The position numbers and the translations under genes are program-made. The notes beneath the pieces were generated by a model that made no database searches, was not told the origin of the DNA, and saw only the letters and a list, made by a program, of their open reading frames with translations. From an uncultured Gemmatimonadales bacterium (GTDB lineage: Bacteria > Gemmatimonadota > Gemmatimonadetes > Longimicrobiales > RSA9), in the NCBI GenBank assembly GCA_963708135.1, contig OY970192.1:2944001-3008000 (forward strand): DNA of 64,000 bases, in the 5' to 3' direction. Of this stretch, positions 20,586 through 30,229 are shown in pieces; position 1 is the first letter of the stretch, and each line of letters begins with the position of its first letter.

Positions 20586-21338
20586 ATGATCGCACGCCGC
20601 CTGCCCGCGCCCGCGGGCGCCCCGCCCCTCCTGGGCCACCTGGTGGCCAGCCGCCCGGATCGCGATGCCGGGGCCGGCGCCGCATCGACGGCCGCGTCGG
20701 TGCTGCTGCACGCCGCCCTGCTCACGGCCCTCGTGTGGGCGACGCTCTCGATCGGCCACGCGGCGCCGCCGCAGCCGACGGAGACCGTCAGGCCCGTCTA
20801 CTTGCCGACCGCGCCAGTCGCGCCCCGGAGCGCCCAGGCCGCGCCGCGGCCGACCCTTCCGTCTGCCGCGAGCCGCATCGCGCTGCCGACGGCGCCGATC
20901 GTGACGCCGGCGACGATCCCGATCCCGGTTCCCGGCGCCACGCTGGAGCCGGCGCGCTACGACATGCCGGACGGGGGGGCCGCCGGGGCGACGGCGGCCG
21001 CCGGTGCCGCGGGCCGCACCGGCGACGCGGTGGACCCGTTCATCGTCCGCACGGCGGAGCCGCGGCTGAAGGATCCCGCGCGGGCGGCGGCGCTCTTCCG
21101 GCGCGCCTACCCGGCGATTCTGCGCGACGCCGGCATCGGCGGCGCCGTGCTGGTCTGGATCGAGGTGGACACGGCGGGTCGGGTGCTCCAGACGCGGCTG
21201 CGCAGATCGAGCGGCAACGGCGCCCTCGACCGCGCCGCGCTGGAGGCCGCGCACGGGCTGCTCTTCTCCCCCGCGATGAACCGGGACACGCCGGTCCGGG
21301 TCTGGATAGCGCTGCCGGTCGAGTTCGAGGCGCGGTAG
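20586..21338 (+). CDS. TonB family energy transducer
   Basis: RBS GGAGG; TM SVLLHAAL; Pro-rich linker; YPAILRDAGIGGAV..SSGNGALDRAAL..FSPA. Confidence 0.88.
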   Translation: MIARRLPAPAGAPPLLGHLVASRPDRDAGAGAASTAASVLLHAALLTALVWATLSIGHAAPPQPTETVRPVYLPTAPVAPRSAQAAPRPTLPSAASRIALPTAPIVTPATIPIPVPGATLEPARYDMPDGGAAGATAAAGAAGRTGDAVDPFIVRTAEPRLKDPARAAALFRRAYPAILRDAGIGGAVLVWIEVDTAGRVLQTRLRRSSGNGALDRAALEAAHGLLFSPAMNRDTPVRVWIALPVEFEAR

Positions 21339-21451
21339 GGGGCGCGGGGTCGAACAGCGCCGCGCGGCGGGTCGAGTTCCTCCCGCTTCCCTTCCCCAGC
21401 GCGCCCCCCTATCCTTTCGTTGGCAATTCCTCTCATCCCGGAGAACCCACC

Positions 21452-22156
21452 ATGCGACTCACTCGCGGTTCCGCATGCGCGCTCGCCGCGGCGCTGCTCC
21501 TGCCCGGCCTGGCCTGCGCCCAGAAGCCGGCCGACGCCTCGCGCGGGGTGGCGGCCGGCGGCATCTCCGTTCCCGGCTGGACCGGCGCGATCGACGCCCG
21601 GGCGGCACGCTCGGGGCAGACCCTGTCGAGCGCGAAGCTCGCGAAGGAGGGTGAGGCGCTGCACGTGACGACGGGCCCCGCCGTCGCCTACTGGAAGGCG
21701 GCCAACACGGCCACGGGCGACTACACCGTCCACGCGACGTTCCGCGAGCCGAAGTACATGAACCTGAACGACCATCCGCACCCCTACGGCGTGTTCATCG
21801 GCGGCAACGACATGGCGACGGACCAGCGGAGCTACCTGTATTGCGCGGCGTACGGCAACGGCAGCTTCATCGTGCGCGGCTTCGGGCCGGAGTCGTTCCA
21901 CCTGAACGGCGGCGGCGAGAAGAACGCGGCGGTGCACAGGGCGGCCGGCGCCGGCCAGCCCGTGACGCAGGACATCGCGCTGTCGGTGAAGGGCGACAGG
22001 GTCGAGTGCGCCATCAACGGCACCGTGGTGGCCAGCTACCCCAAGTCGGACGTGGTGGGGCCCGGCAAGCTCAAGTCCACGGACGGGGTGTACGGCATCC
22101 GCTTCGCGCACAACACGGAAGGGCTCGTCACGGGGCTCGGCGTGACGAAGCCGTAG
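21452..22156 (+). CDS. Secreted hypothetical protein (beta-sandwich-like)
   Basis: Signal peptide; HVTTGPA, HPHPYGVFIGG and DGVYGIRFAHN. Confidence 0.75.
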   Translation: MRLTRGSACALAAALLLPGLACAQKPADASRGVAAGGISVPGWTGAIDARAARSGQTLSSAKLAKEGEALHVTTGPAVAYWKAANTATGDYTVHATFREPKYMNLNDHPHPYGVFIGGNDMATDQRSYLYCAAYGNGSFIVRGFGPESFHLNGGGEKNAAVHRAAGAGQPVTQDIALSVKGDRVECAINGTVVASYPKSDVVGPGKLKSTDGVYGIRFAHNTEGLVTGLGVTKP

Positions 22157-22177
22157 GAGGGATCCCGATCGTCTCGC

Positions 22178-22990
22178 TCACCTCCACCGCGGCGCGAGCC
22201 AGGAACCATAGAAGGCGAGCAGGAGGAGCAGTGTCGCGGCCCCCGAGAGGACACGGAACGCGGCGCGCTCGCCCACCGTCACCGGCCGGGACAGCGCGAC
22301 CAGGGAGAGCTCTCCCGTGATGGCGAAGACCAGCACGTTGGTGAGGTCCATCGCGAGATGGAGGAGGATGGGCACCCAGATCGTGCCGCTCACGAGGTAC
22401 GCGCAGCCGAGGAGCAGCCCGCCCGCGAGCCAGCTCGCCACCTGCGCCGGCGTCACGCGGTTCGTGAGGAAGTGGATCGCCGTGAAGATGAGCGTACCGG
22501 CCGCGAGCACGGCGCCAGGGCCGAACGGCAGCAGGTTCAGCGTGACGTAGCCGCGGTAGAGCACCTCTTCCTGCGCGGCCACCAGCGCGAGAACACCGGC
22601 GGCGGCCGCAAGCCGCGCGCCCTCCCCCACCTCTCGCCCGCGGGCGCGGACGCCGAGCCGCCGCCCGCGGGCCAGGCCGGTCACGAAGGCCGCCGCGCCT
22701 CCGGCGCTGACCAGCGCGGCGGCGGCCGAGAAGGCCAGGTCGCGGCCGTCGAAGCGCAGGCCGAGGGCGGAAACGGCGCGCCCGTCCCACACGCCCAGGA
22801 CGACCAGCGTGAGGGCGAGGACCAGCGCGTTGGCAGCCGCGCCGACCATGAGCAGGAAATGCGACGTGCGGCCGCGCACGTCTCGCAGGTCCCCACCGCG
22901 CCGGCGCACGAGAGCCGCCGCCCCGGCGGCCACGGCGAGGTAGACGGCGACGACGGCCGCGATGCGCAGCCAGGGGAGGACGGCGCCCAT
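22178..22990 (-). CDS. CPBP (CAAX/Abi) intramembrane metalloprotease
   Basis: QEEVLYRG, FTAIH and ILLHLAMD motifs; multiple TMs. Confidence 0.88.
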   Translation of the reverse strand: MGAVLPWLRIAAVVAVYLAVAAGAAALVRRRGGDLRDVRGRTSHFLLMVGAAANALVLALTLVVLGVWDGRAVSALGLRFDGRDLAFSAAAALVSAGGAAAFVTGLARGRRLGVRARGREVGEGARLAAAAGVLALVAAQEEVLYRGYVTLNLLPFGPGAVLAAGTLIFTAIHFLTNRVTPAQVASWLAGGLLLGCAYLVSGTIWVPILLHLAMDLTNVLVFAITGELSLVALSRPVTVGERAAFRVLSGAATLLLLLAFYGSWLAPRWR

Positions 22991-23263
22991 CAGCGGATCC
23001 GCGGCTCGGCAGAGCGGTCCGGCCTCGTCTCCACGGGTCTACGGGGCGCCGGGTCAACTCGTCCGTCCATCACGTCCATTCGCAAGCCTCGGTCGGTCGA
23101 AGAGGATGGCGCCCAACGGCGCGCCTGCCCGCGCAGGATGCTCGCTCCCGGTCCGCGAGCGCAACCGCCCACCGGCGCCATCCCTTGCGTTGTCCTACCG
23201 TGGAATCGCAGCCGCGCCCGGCCGCCGGCCGCCCGGCCGCGCCGTCACACGGAAGGAGGGCGC

Positions 23264-23844
23264 ATGCGACGTCCCGAAATTCGCACTCTCGCCGCCGCTT
23301 CCCCGCTCGCCGCCGCCGCTCTCCTGCTCGCGGCCGCGGCTCTCCTGCTCGGGGCCGCCTTCCCCGCTCTGGCGCAGGGGGGGACCGCCGCTCCTCCGAG
23401 GTCCCGCTGAAGGCGCGCCACGCCGCGCGCGTGCAAGGCGACTCCGCCTGGGCCTTCTTCGTTCCGCTCGAGGCCGCCCACGCACGCGGCCGGCTCGAGG
23501 TGGCGGCGGAGGCGGGGGCGTGGCTCGGCCCGCGCGAGCCGCGCGAGGCCGCCTACGGCGTCGTCGTCGGCTGGATCGCGACATCCGCGCTCGAGCTCCT
23601 GGCGGAATGCAACGCCAGCGGCCCGCGCGCGCTCGCTCCCGACGAGCTGGTGTGCGACGCCGGCGTCCGGCGCGACGTGACCGAGCACGTGGGCGTCATG
23701 GCGGCCTTCGAGCCCGTGCTGGCGGGCGCGGTGGAGGAGCGTCCCCGCTACCACCTCTACGTCGGCGTGCAGACGCACATCAAGGGCGGCGGCTTCTGGC
23801 AGGGCGCGCGCAAGGTACTGGGCGGGAACGCGGACGACGGGTGA
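23264..23844 (+). pseudogene. Degraded exported/outer-membrane protein gene
   Basis: RBS GAAGGAGG; signal peptide ends AQGG in one frame; GGPPLL lies in a second frame after a G7 run; a beta-strand-rich body (..YHLYVGVQTHI) lies in a third. Confidence 0.5.
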
Positions 23845-23856
23845 CCGCTCCGCGGC

Positions 23857-24516
23857 CTACGCCGACGCCGCGACCACCTCGAAGCGGCAGCGCGGGCGGG
23901 CCCCGCGATCGCAGCATTCGCGCACTTCGCGGCCGCTCAGCTCATGGACAATGGCGCGCGCGACGGCGCACACCGCCTCGTGCTCGCCCACCGCGGCAGA
24001 AAGCGGGCAGCCGTGCCCGACCAGCCGCCAGCCGTCCTCGATCGCCTCCACATCCACCTCACCGCCCAGATCCCGGAGCGCCTCCGCCGCGCGGTCCGCC
24101 CCTTCCCGCGCGTCATCGCGGGCGGGCAGGAGGCGCCCCCCCGCGGGCCCGGCCCGCCACTCCACCGCCGCCCGCCGGCCGACCTCCGCCAGCATGCGCT
24201 CCAGCTCGCCCCCCTCGAGCTGCTCCTCCAGAAGCGCGACGAGCGCGCCCAGGACGTACGCGTACGCCTTCGGAAACAGCTCCTCCGCCTCAGGCGTGAG
24301 ACCGTAGAGCCCCGCTGGCTTGCCCCCCGTCTGCCGCTCCACGCCCGCGGATTCCACGAAGCCGTCGCGCTGGAGCGCGGCCAGATGCCCCCGCACGGCG
24401 TTCCCCGAGATCCGCAGGGCCGAGGCGAGATCCCCCACCGACCGCTCCGACCGACGCAGCAGAGCGAGCAGCTGCCCCCGCGTCGTGCCCACCAGCACCT
24501 CGAACCAGCTCTTCAT
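23857..24516 (-). CDS. HTH transcriptional regulator with C-terminal Cys cluster (SufR/ArsR-like)
   Basis: TRGQLLALL..NAVRGHLAALQRDG..GGKPAGLYGLT..FPKAY; HGCPL, VCAV and ECCDRGARPRC. Confidence 0.85.
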   Translation of the reverse strand: MKSWFEVLVGTTRGQLLALLRRSERSVGDLASALRISGNAVRGHLAALQRDGFVESAGVERQTGGKPAGLYGLTPEAEELFPKAYAYVLGALVALLEEQLEGGELERMLAEVGRRAAVEWRAGPAGGRLLPARDDAREGADRAAEALRDLGGEVDVEAIEDGWRLVGHGCPLSAAVGEHEAVCAVARAIVHELSGREVRECCDRGARPRCRFEVVAASA

Positions 24517-24576
24517 CCTTCCTCCTGGACCTCGCCGGAGCTCCCTGGACCCGACTCCGCCCGCGCCGGGGCGCGG

Positions 24577-24664
24577 CCGCCGGGCCGCCGGGCCGCCGGG
24601 CCGCCGGGCCGCCGGGCCGCCGGGCCGCCGGGCCGCCGGGCCGCCGGGCCGCCGGGCCGCCGGG
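24577..24664. repeat. Perfect microsatellite (CCGCCGGG)x11
   Basis: Counted directly: 88 bp. Confidence 0.97.
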
Positions 24665-24666
24665 CA

Positions 24667-24741
24667 AGAGTAGCCCCGCGACACGGAGAAGTCAACTTAC
24701 TCAATTAAACTATTGACAAAGCGGAGATGAGCCGCCATCCT
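24667..24741. promoter_or_regulatory. Back-to-back divergent sigma70-like promoters
   Basis: Minus strand TTGACT(24695-24690)-N17-TACTCT(24672-24667); plus strand TTGACA(24713-24718)-N17-CATCCT(24736-24741); AT-rich core between them. Confidence 0.7.
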
Positions 24742-24805
24742 GGCTCCCAGCCGAGAGCCGGATCCGGGCGCTACGGCAGACCACCCGAATTTCCAGGAGG
24801 CGGAG

Positions 24806-25381
24806 ATGAGAAGGAGCATTCACGCGGCGGCGGTGTTGGGCATGGCGGCGGTGTCGAGCCTTTTCCCGGCGGGGGTCGGGGCGCAGGGGCACTCGGAGGC
24901 GGCGAAGGGGTCGCCGGGTCCCAGCGACGCGGTGATCGCGCACATTGCGGTGACGGCGAACGCGATCGATGTGTCGATGGCGAAGCTGGCGCTGGAGCGG
25001 GCCGGCTCGAAGCAGGTGCGTGCGTTCGCGAGCACCATGGTGAGCGACCACACGGCGGTGAACAAGCGTGCGGCGGCGCTCGCGGCGAAGCTGAAGCTGA
25101 CGCCGGAGGACAACGCGACGAGCCGGAGCCTGCAGTCGGGAGCGGCCGAGGCGCGAAAGAAGCTGGAGGGGCTGAAGGGCGCGGCGTTCGACCGGGCGTA
25201 CATGGAGCGGGAGGTGTCGTATCATCAGGCGGTGCTGGATGCGCTGGACAAGACGCTGATCCCGAACGCGGACAACGCGGAGCTCAAGGAGCTCCTGCAG
25301 GATGCCCGGACGGCGGTGGCGGCCCACCTGGTCCGTGCGAAGGCGATCCGGTCGGGCCTCTCGAAGGGAGCGGGGTCGTGA
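24806..25381 (+). CDS. DUF4142 domain exported protein
   Basis: Signal peptide; SDAVIAHI, VRAFASTMVSDH and FDRAYMEREVSYH. Confidence 0.88.
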   Translation: MRRSIHAAAVLGMAAVSSLFPAGVGAQGHSEAAKGSPGPSDAVIAHIAVTANAIDVSMAKLALERAGSKQVRAFASTMVSDHTAVNKRAAALAAKLKLTPEDNATSRSLQSGAAEARKKLEGLKGAAFDRAYMEREVSYHQAVLDALDKTLIPNADNAELKELLQDARTAVAAHLVRAKAIRSGLSKGAGS

Positions 25382-26601
25382 GGGGCGGCACCCGCCGCGC
25401 GGCGGCCCTCGGGGCCCTGGGCCTCGCGGTGGTGCTCTTCGGCTGTGACAACCGGGACCCCGTGGCGGCGGGTGTCCGTTACGACATGGGGTCCGGCACG
25501 ATGAGGGCGCCCCTGAGCCCCGAGTTGGTGCGGCGAGGGAAACGGATCTTCCGCTACGACGACTTCGGCGACGCGGGCTTCTGGACGGACACGCTGCGCC
25601 TGAACGAAGTGGTGGAGCAGCTGAAGCCGGTGGACGCGCTGGCGCTCGGCCTGAAGGTGGATGTGGATGCGGTGCCGGCGCAGGTGCTCGCTGCCGTTCT
25701 CTCCAACCCGGCGCTGCTGAACGACCCCGCGACGACGAGAGCGCTGCTGTCGCTGGATGCCGTGGTGGGAGTCAGAGCGACGGTGCAGGGGGATCACGTC
25801 ACGAGCATCGGGATCACGTGCGCGCTGTGCCACTCGACGGTCGATGACGAGGTGGCGCCCGGGATCGGTCATCGCCTGGACGGCTGGCCGAACCGGGATC
25901 TCCGGGTCGGCGCCATCGTCGGCGCCTCGCCCGCGATCCCGGCCGCGAGCCCCTTCGGCCAGTACCTGGCGACCTGGGGTCCCGGCTTCTACGACGCGCG
26001 CGTCAATCTCGACGGGCGCATGGACGGACCCGTCCTGATCCCGCCGGCGTACGGTCTCCACGACGTGGCCCTGGAGACGTACACGGGCGAAGGGCCGGTG
26101 TCGTACTGGAACGCGTACGTGGCGGTCACGCAGATGCACGGCCGGGGGACGTTCTCGGATCCACGGCTCGGGATCCACGTTTCGGCCGCAGGACCGGATC
26201 TCGTCCAGCCCAAACTTGCGGCCCTGCGCGAGTACCAGCTCAGTCTGGACGCACCCACGGCCGGCGCCGGCGAGTTCGACGCCGCGGCCGCAGCGCGCGG
26301 GCGCGTGGTCTTCTCCGGGCCCGGCGGGTGCGCCGGGTGCCACGTGCCGCCGACCTACACCGATGCGCCGCGGCTCCACGCACCCGCCGAGGTCCCGGTC
26401 GAGCCGACGTGGGCGGAGCGTGGCTCGACGGGCCTTTATCGGACGACGCCGCTGCGGGGCCTGCTGCGGCACCCGCCGTACTTCCACGACGGCTCCGCCG
26501 CGACGCTGGCGGCGGTGGTCGGTCGCTACGATGCGTTCTTCGGCCTGGGGCTGTCGGCGCAACAGAAGTCGGATCTGGTGGAGTTCCTGAAGACGCTCTG
26601 A
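25378..26601 (+). CDS. Dihaem c-type cytochrome lipoprotein (bCcP/MauG-superfamily-like C-terminus)
   Basis: Lipobox LFGC; CALCH and CAGCH; TTPLRGL..PPYFHDGSA; GTGA overlap with DUF4142. Confidence 0.85.
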   Translation: MRGGTRRAAALGALGLAVVLFGCDNRDPVAAGVRYDMGSGTMRAPLSPELVRRGKRIFRYDDFGDAGFWTDTLRLNEVVEQLKPVDALALGLKVDVDAVPAQVLAAVLSNPALLNDPATTRALLSLDAVVGVRATVQGDHVTSIGITCALCHSTVDDEVAPGIGHRLDGWPNRDLRVGAIVGASPAIPAASPFGQYLATWGPGFYDARVNLDGRMDGPVLIPPAYGLHDVALETYTGEGPVSYWNAYVAVTQMHGRGTFSDPRLGIHVSAAGPDLVQPKLAALREYQLSLDAPTAGAGEFDAAAAARGRVVFSGPGGCAGCHVPPTYTDAPRLHAPAEVPVEPTWAERGSTGLYRTTPLRGLLRHPPYFHDGSAATLAAVVGRYDAFFGLGLSAQQKSDLVEFLKTL

Positions 26602-26667
26602 GCCGGGCAGGCGCCGGGCGGACCCGATCCGGGCGCGCTGGAGCCCGAAACTGGCCGCCCGGTGCCC

Positions 26668-28485
26668 TCACTCCGGGAGGGATGACTCGGCCACCACGAC
26701 CGGCTCCCCCAGGTGCGCCTCGACGCGCTCCGTCGGCAGCCGCAGGCGCGTGGCCACCCACAGGACGAACGCGGAGAACACGCCGATCACCAGGATCGCC
26801 CAGCCGAAGTCGAAGAGGCCGAGATTGCCGGCATGCGCGTCGGGCGCCGGATAGGAGCCGAGCCAGCTGATCAGGGCGAGGCCCGCGAGCCAGAGGAGCA
26901 CCCAGGCGCCGGAGCGCAGCTCCAGCGGCGGCGTGCGCCCGCGGTTCGTCGCCTCGTGAAGCGCCAGCACCACGTACCCGATGAGCACGGCCACGAACAG
27001 CTTCCAGTCCGTGTCCCACCCCGACCAGTACACGATCAGGTTGGAGGAGAGGAACGCCAGATAGGCGACGACGAGCGCCCAGGGCAGCCGGAACGGCCGC
27101 ACCTGCCGGGGGATCTGACGCCGCAGCGCCACGAGCGCGAGCGGGCCGGAGCCGAAGGAGAGCACCGTCGCCGAGGTGACGAAGCCGACCAGCTTCTGCC
27201 AGCCGGGGAACGGCAGGAAGAAGATGAGGCCCACGACGAAGGTCACGATCACGCTCACCCACGGCACGCCTCGCTTGCTCACCTTCGCCAGCGCCCGCGG
27301 CGCGTTGCCGTTCCGGCCCATGGCGTACGAGATTCGGGCCGTGACCGTCGTATAGATGAGCCCCGTGTCCGCGGGCGAGATGAAGGCATCGATGTAGAGC
27401 AGGATCGCCAGCCAGGTGAGCCCCAGCACGCTGGCCAGCGCGGCCAGCGGGCCGTAGGTCGCGGCCACGTCGCTCAGCCGCCCCGTGAAGCTCGTGCCGA
27501 TGTGCGCCCAGCCGTTCCGCAGCGCCCCCGGCGGCAGCGCGCCGATGAACGCCGTCTGCAGCGCGATGTAGAGAACCCCCGTGATCAGCACCGAGCCGAT
27601 GATGGCGATCGGCACGTTCCGCTGCGGGTCGTGCGTCTCGCCCGCGAGCTCGACCCCCTGTCGGAACCCGAGATAGGAGAAGACGATCCCCGCCGTGGCG
27701 ATGGACGAGAAGACGCCCGCCCAGCCGTACGGCATGAAGCCGCCCGCGCCGGCGTTCGCGGCTGCGCCCGCGTTCGCGCCGGTGGCCGCGGCCGCGCCGC
27801 CCGCCGCGGCCGCACCGCCCGCCGCGGCGGTGAAGTTCGCCGGGTGGAAGACGGTCACGAAGAAGGCGATGATGACCACCGTGATGATCGCCAGCTTCCA
27901 CCACACGAGCGCGTTGTTCAGGCGCGCGAACCAGCGGATCCCCACCACGTTGATCAGGCTGAAGAGGGCGAGCAGCCCCGCCGCCACCGCGAAGCCCGGA
28001 GCGGTCAGCACCGGCACCCCGCCCTTCAGCGTCTGGAGCCACGGCACGTAGTTCGTGGCGTACTGGAGCGCCGCCTCCACCTCGATCGAGGTGGTCGAGG
28101 CCACGGCCAGCCAGGTGATCCACCCGAGCGTGTAGCTCGCGAACGAGCCGAAGCTGTAGTGCGGGAAGCGCACCACCCCGCCCGACACGGGAAACATGGT
28201 GCCCAGCTCCGCGTAGCAGAGCCCGATCAGGATGATCATCACCCCGCCGATCGCCCACGCGATCACCGACGCCGGCCCCGCGATCTGCGCCGCCGTGAGC
28301 GCCCCGAACAGCCACCCCGACCCGATGATCGAGCCCACCGCCGTGAACAGCAGCCCCACGATCCCGATGTCGCGCCGCAGCCGCTTGTCGTCCGCCGCCG
28401 TCCGCTGCACCGGGCCCCGCTCCATCCGCCCCCCCTTCGGCCCGGCGGCGTAACCCGCCTGACCGCTCTTGCCTGACGCCTCCAT
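26668..28485 (-). CDS. APC family amino acid permease
   Basis: GSIIGSGWLFG, AELGTMFPVSGG, YLGFRQ and ARISYAM; about 14 TMs. Confidence 0.92.
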   Translation of the reverse strand: MEASGKSGQAGYAAGPKGGRMERGPVQRTAADDKRLRRDIGIVGLLFTAVGSIIGSGWLFGALTAAQIAGPASVIAWAIGGVMIILIGLCYAELGTMFPVSGGVVRFPHYSFGSFASYTLGWITWLAVASTTSIEVEAALQYATNYVPWLQTLKGGVPVLTAPGFAVAAGLLALFSLINVVGIRWFARLNNALVWWKLAIITVVIIAFFVTVFHPANFTAAAGGAAAAGGAAAATGANAGAAANAGAGGFMPYGWAGVFSSIATAGIVFSYLGFRQGVELAGETHDPQRNVPIAIIGSVLITGVLYIALQTAFIGALPPGALRNGWAHIGTSFTGRLSDVAATYGPLAALASVLGLTWLAILLYIDAFISPADTGLIYTTVTARISYAMGRNGNAPRALAKVSKRGVPWVSVIVTFVVGLIFFLPFPGWQKLVGFVTSATVLSFGSGPLALVALRRQIPRQVRPFRLPWALVVAYLAFLSSNLIVYWSGWDTDWKLFVAVLIGYVVLALHEATNRGRTPPLELRSGAWVLLWLAGLALISWLGSYPAPDAHAGNLGLFDFGWAILVIGVFSAFVLWVATRLRLPTERVEAHLGEPVVVAESSLPE

Positions 28486-28789
28486 TGCTCTCCCCCCACC
28501 TGTGGCCCCCGTCCGATACGGCGCGCCCGCTGCGCCCCATCGCATTGGCTGGCAAGCCGTTCGGCAAGAACGGCTCCAGTAGCGCTGGGCGACACCAACC
28601 TCGCGAGCGCGTGGCCGGCCGCGGCGGAGCGGGACGTGAGCGGAATGACGAGCACGCCAGGCCGGCAAATCTCGCGCACGAGCCGGTGGAAGCGGGAGAC
28701 GGCTCCGCCGTCCCGGAGACCATTGCTCGCGGGGCCGTCCGCGTTTAGCTAGAGGGAGCCCACCGTCCTCGGCGGATCCGTCGCTCCAC

Positions 28790-30229
28790 ATGCCCACGGA
28801 GGACCAGCTGAGCCAGACCGCCAGTGTCTCCGAGCGCCTGCGCGCCCATGCCCTGCTCGGGCGGGTCCCGCAGCGCGAGCTGGATTGGCTGGAGGCGCAC
28901 GGGACGCTCCGTCCGCTGAAGGCCGGCGAGTTCATGGTGCGCGCGGGGCAGGAGGTGGATGGGCTGTACATCGTGCTCTCGGGGCACGTTGCCATCCGCG
29001 TCGACCGGGCGTACGGCCGGCGCAAGGTCATGGAATGGCGTGCCGGGGAGGTTACTGGGACGCTGCCGTACTCGCGCCTGGGCGCCTCTCCCGGCGACGC
29101 GGTGGCGGAGGAGGACACGGACCTGTTCGTGGTGGCCCGCGAGGACGTGCCGGCGCTGACGCAGGCCTGTCCGGAGACCACCGCCAGTCTCGTCCACGTG
29201 ATGATCGACCGGGCACGCCGGTTCACGTCCTCGGACCTCCAGGACCAGAAAACGCTCGCGCTGGGCAGGGTGGCCGCCGGCCTGGCCCACGAGCTGAACA
29301 ACCCCGCGTCCGCGCTGGCGCGGAGCGTCACGGCGCTGCTCGACGCAATGGAGTCGAGCCGCAGCGCGGCGCGCGCCCTGGCCCGGCTGGGGCTGAGCGA
29401 GGCGGAGCTCTCGGCCATTGACCGCATCGAGGCGCTCGCGGCGTCCGGTGGAGCCCGGCCGTGGAGCCCGCTGGCACGCGCGGACCGCGAGGATGCGATC
29501 GCGCAGTGGCTCGACGATCCCGACCCGGACGGCGCGGCCGCGCTCGCCGATACGACCATCGAGCTGGATGAGTTGCGCGCCCTGGCCGCCGGCCTGGCCC
29601 CCGCAAAGCGCGCCGCCGCGCTCCGCTGGCTCGGCTCCCGCCTCACCGCCAACCGGATGGCGCTTGACATGGAAGAGGGGGCGGGCCGGATCCTCCACCT
29701 GGTCTCGGCCGTGAAGGCGTTCACCCACATGGATCGCGCCCTGAACCCCGAGCCGCTGGACGTACGCGCGGGCATCGAGCAGAGCCTCGCCCTGCTGCGC
29801 GAGAAGGCGACGGCATCGGGCGTCACGATCGAGGCCACTCTCCCCGCCGGCCTGCCTGCCGTGCCCGGCGTGGCGGGGGAGCTCAGCCAGGCATGGCACG
29901 CGCTCATCGACAATGCCATCGACGCCGCAGGCCGCGGCGGCACGGTCCGCCTCACGGCCGGGAAGGTGGACGGCGGCGTGACGGTCGAGGTCGAGGACGA
30001 TGGCGCGGGCATCCCCGAGGAGGTCCGCGCCCGGATCTTCGACCCCTTCTTCACCACGAAGCCCATGGGCCGCGGCGTGGGTCTCGGGCTGGAGCTGGTC
30101 CGCCGGGTCGTGGACCAGCACCGCGGCGAGATCGAGGTGGAGTCGAGCCCCGGGCGGACGGTCTTCCGCGTCACCCTCCCGGTGGCCGCCTCCGCGTCCG
30201 AGCCCGCCTCCGCGTCCGCGTCAGTGTAG
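28790..30229 (+). CDS. cNMP-binding domain sensor histidine kinase
   Basis: N-terminal CAP-like domain; AGLAHELNNPA; LIDNAIDA, DDGAGIP, FDPFFTTK and GLGL. Confidence 0.92.
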   Translation: MPTEDQLSQTASVSERLRAHALLGRVPQRELDWLEAHGTLRPLKAGEFMVRAGQEVDGLYIVLSGHVAIRVDRAYGRRKVMEWRAGEVTGTLPYSRLGASPGDAVAEEDTDLFVVAREDVPALTQACPETTASLVHVMIDRARRFTSSDLQDQKTLALGRVAAGLAHELNNPASALARSVTALLDAMESSRSAARALARLGLSEAELSAIDRIEALAASGGARPWSPLARADREDAIAQWLDDPDPDGAAALADTTIELDELRALAAGLAPAKRAAALRWLGSRLTANRMALDMEEGAGRILHLVSAVKAFTHMDRALNPEPLDVRAGIEQSLALLREKATASGVTIEATLPAGLPAVPGVAGELSQAWHALIDNAIDAAGRGGTVRLTAGKVDGGVTVEVEDDGAGIPEEVRARIFDPFFTTKPMGRGVGLGLELVRRVVDQHRGEIEVESSPGRTVFRVTLPVAASASEPASASASV

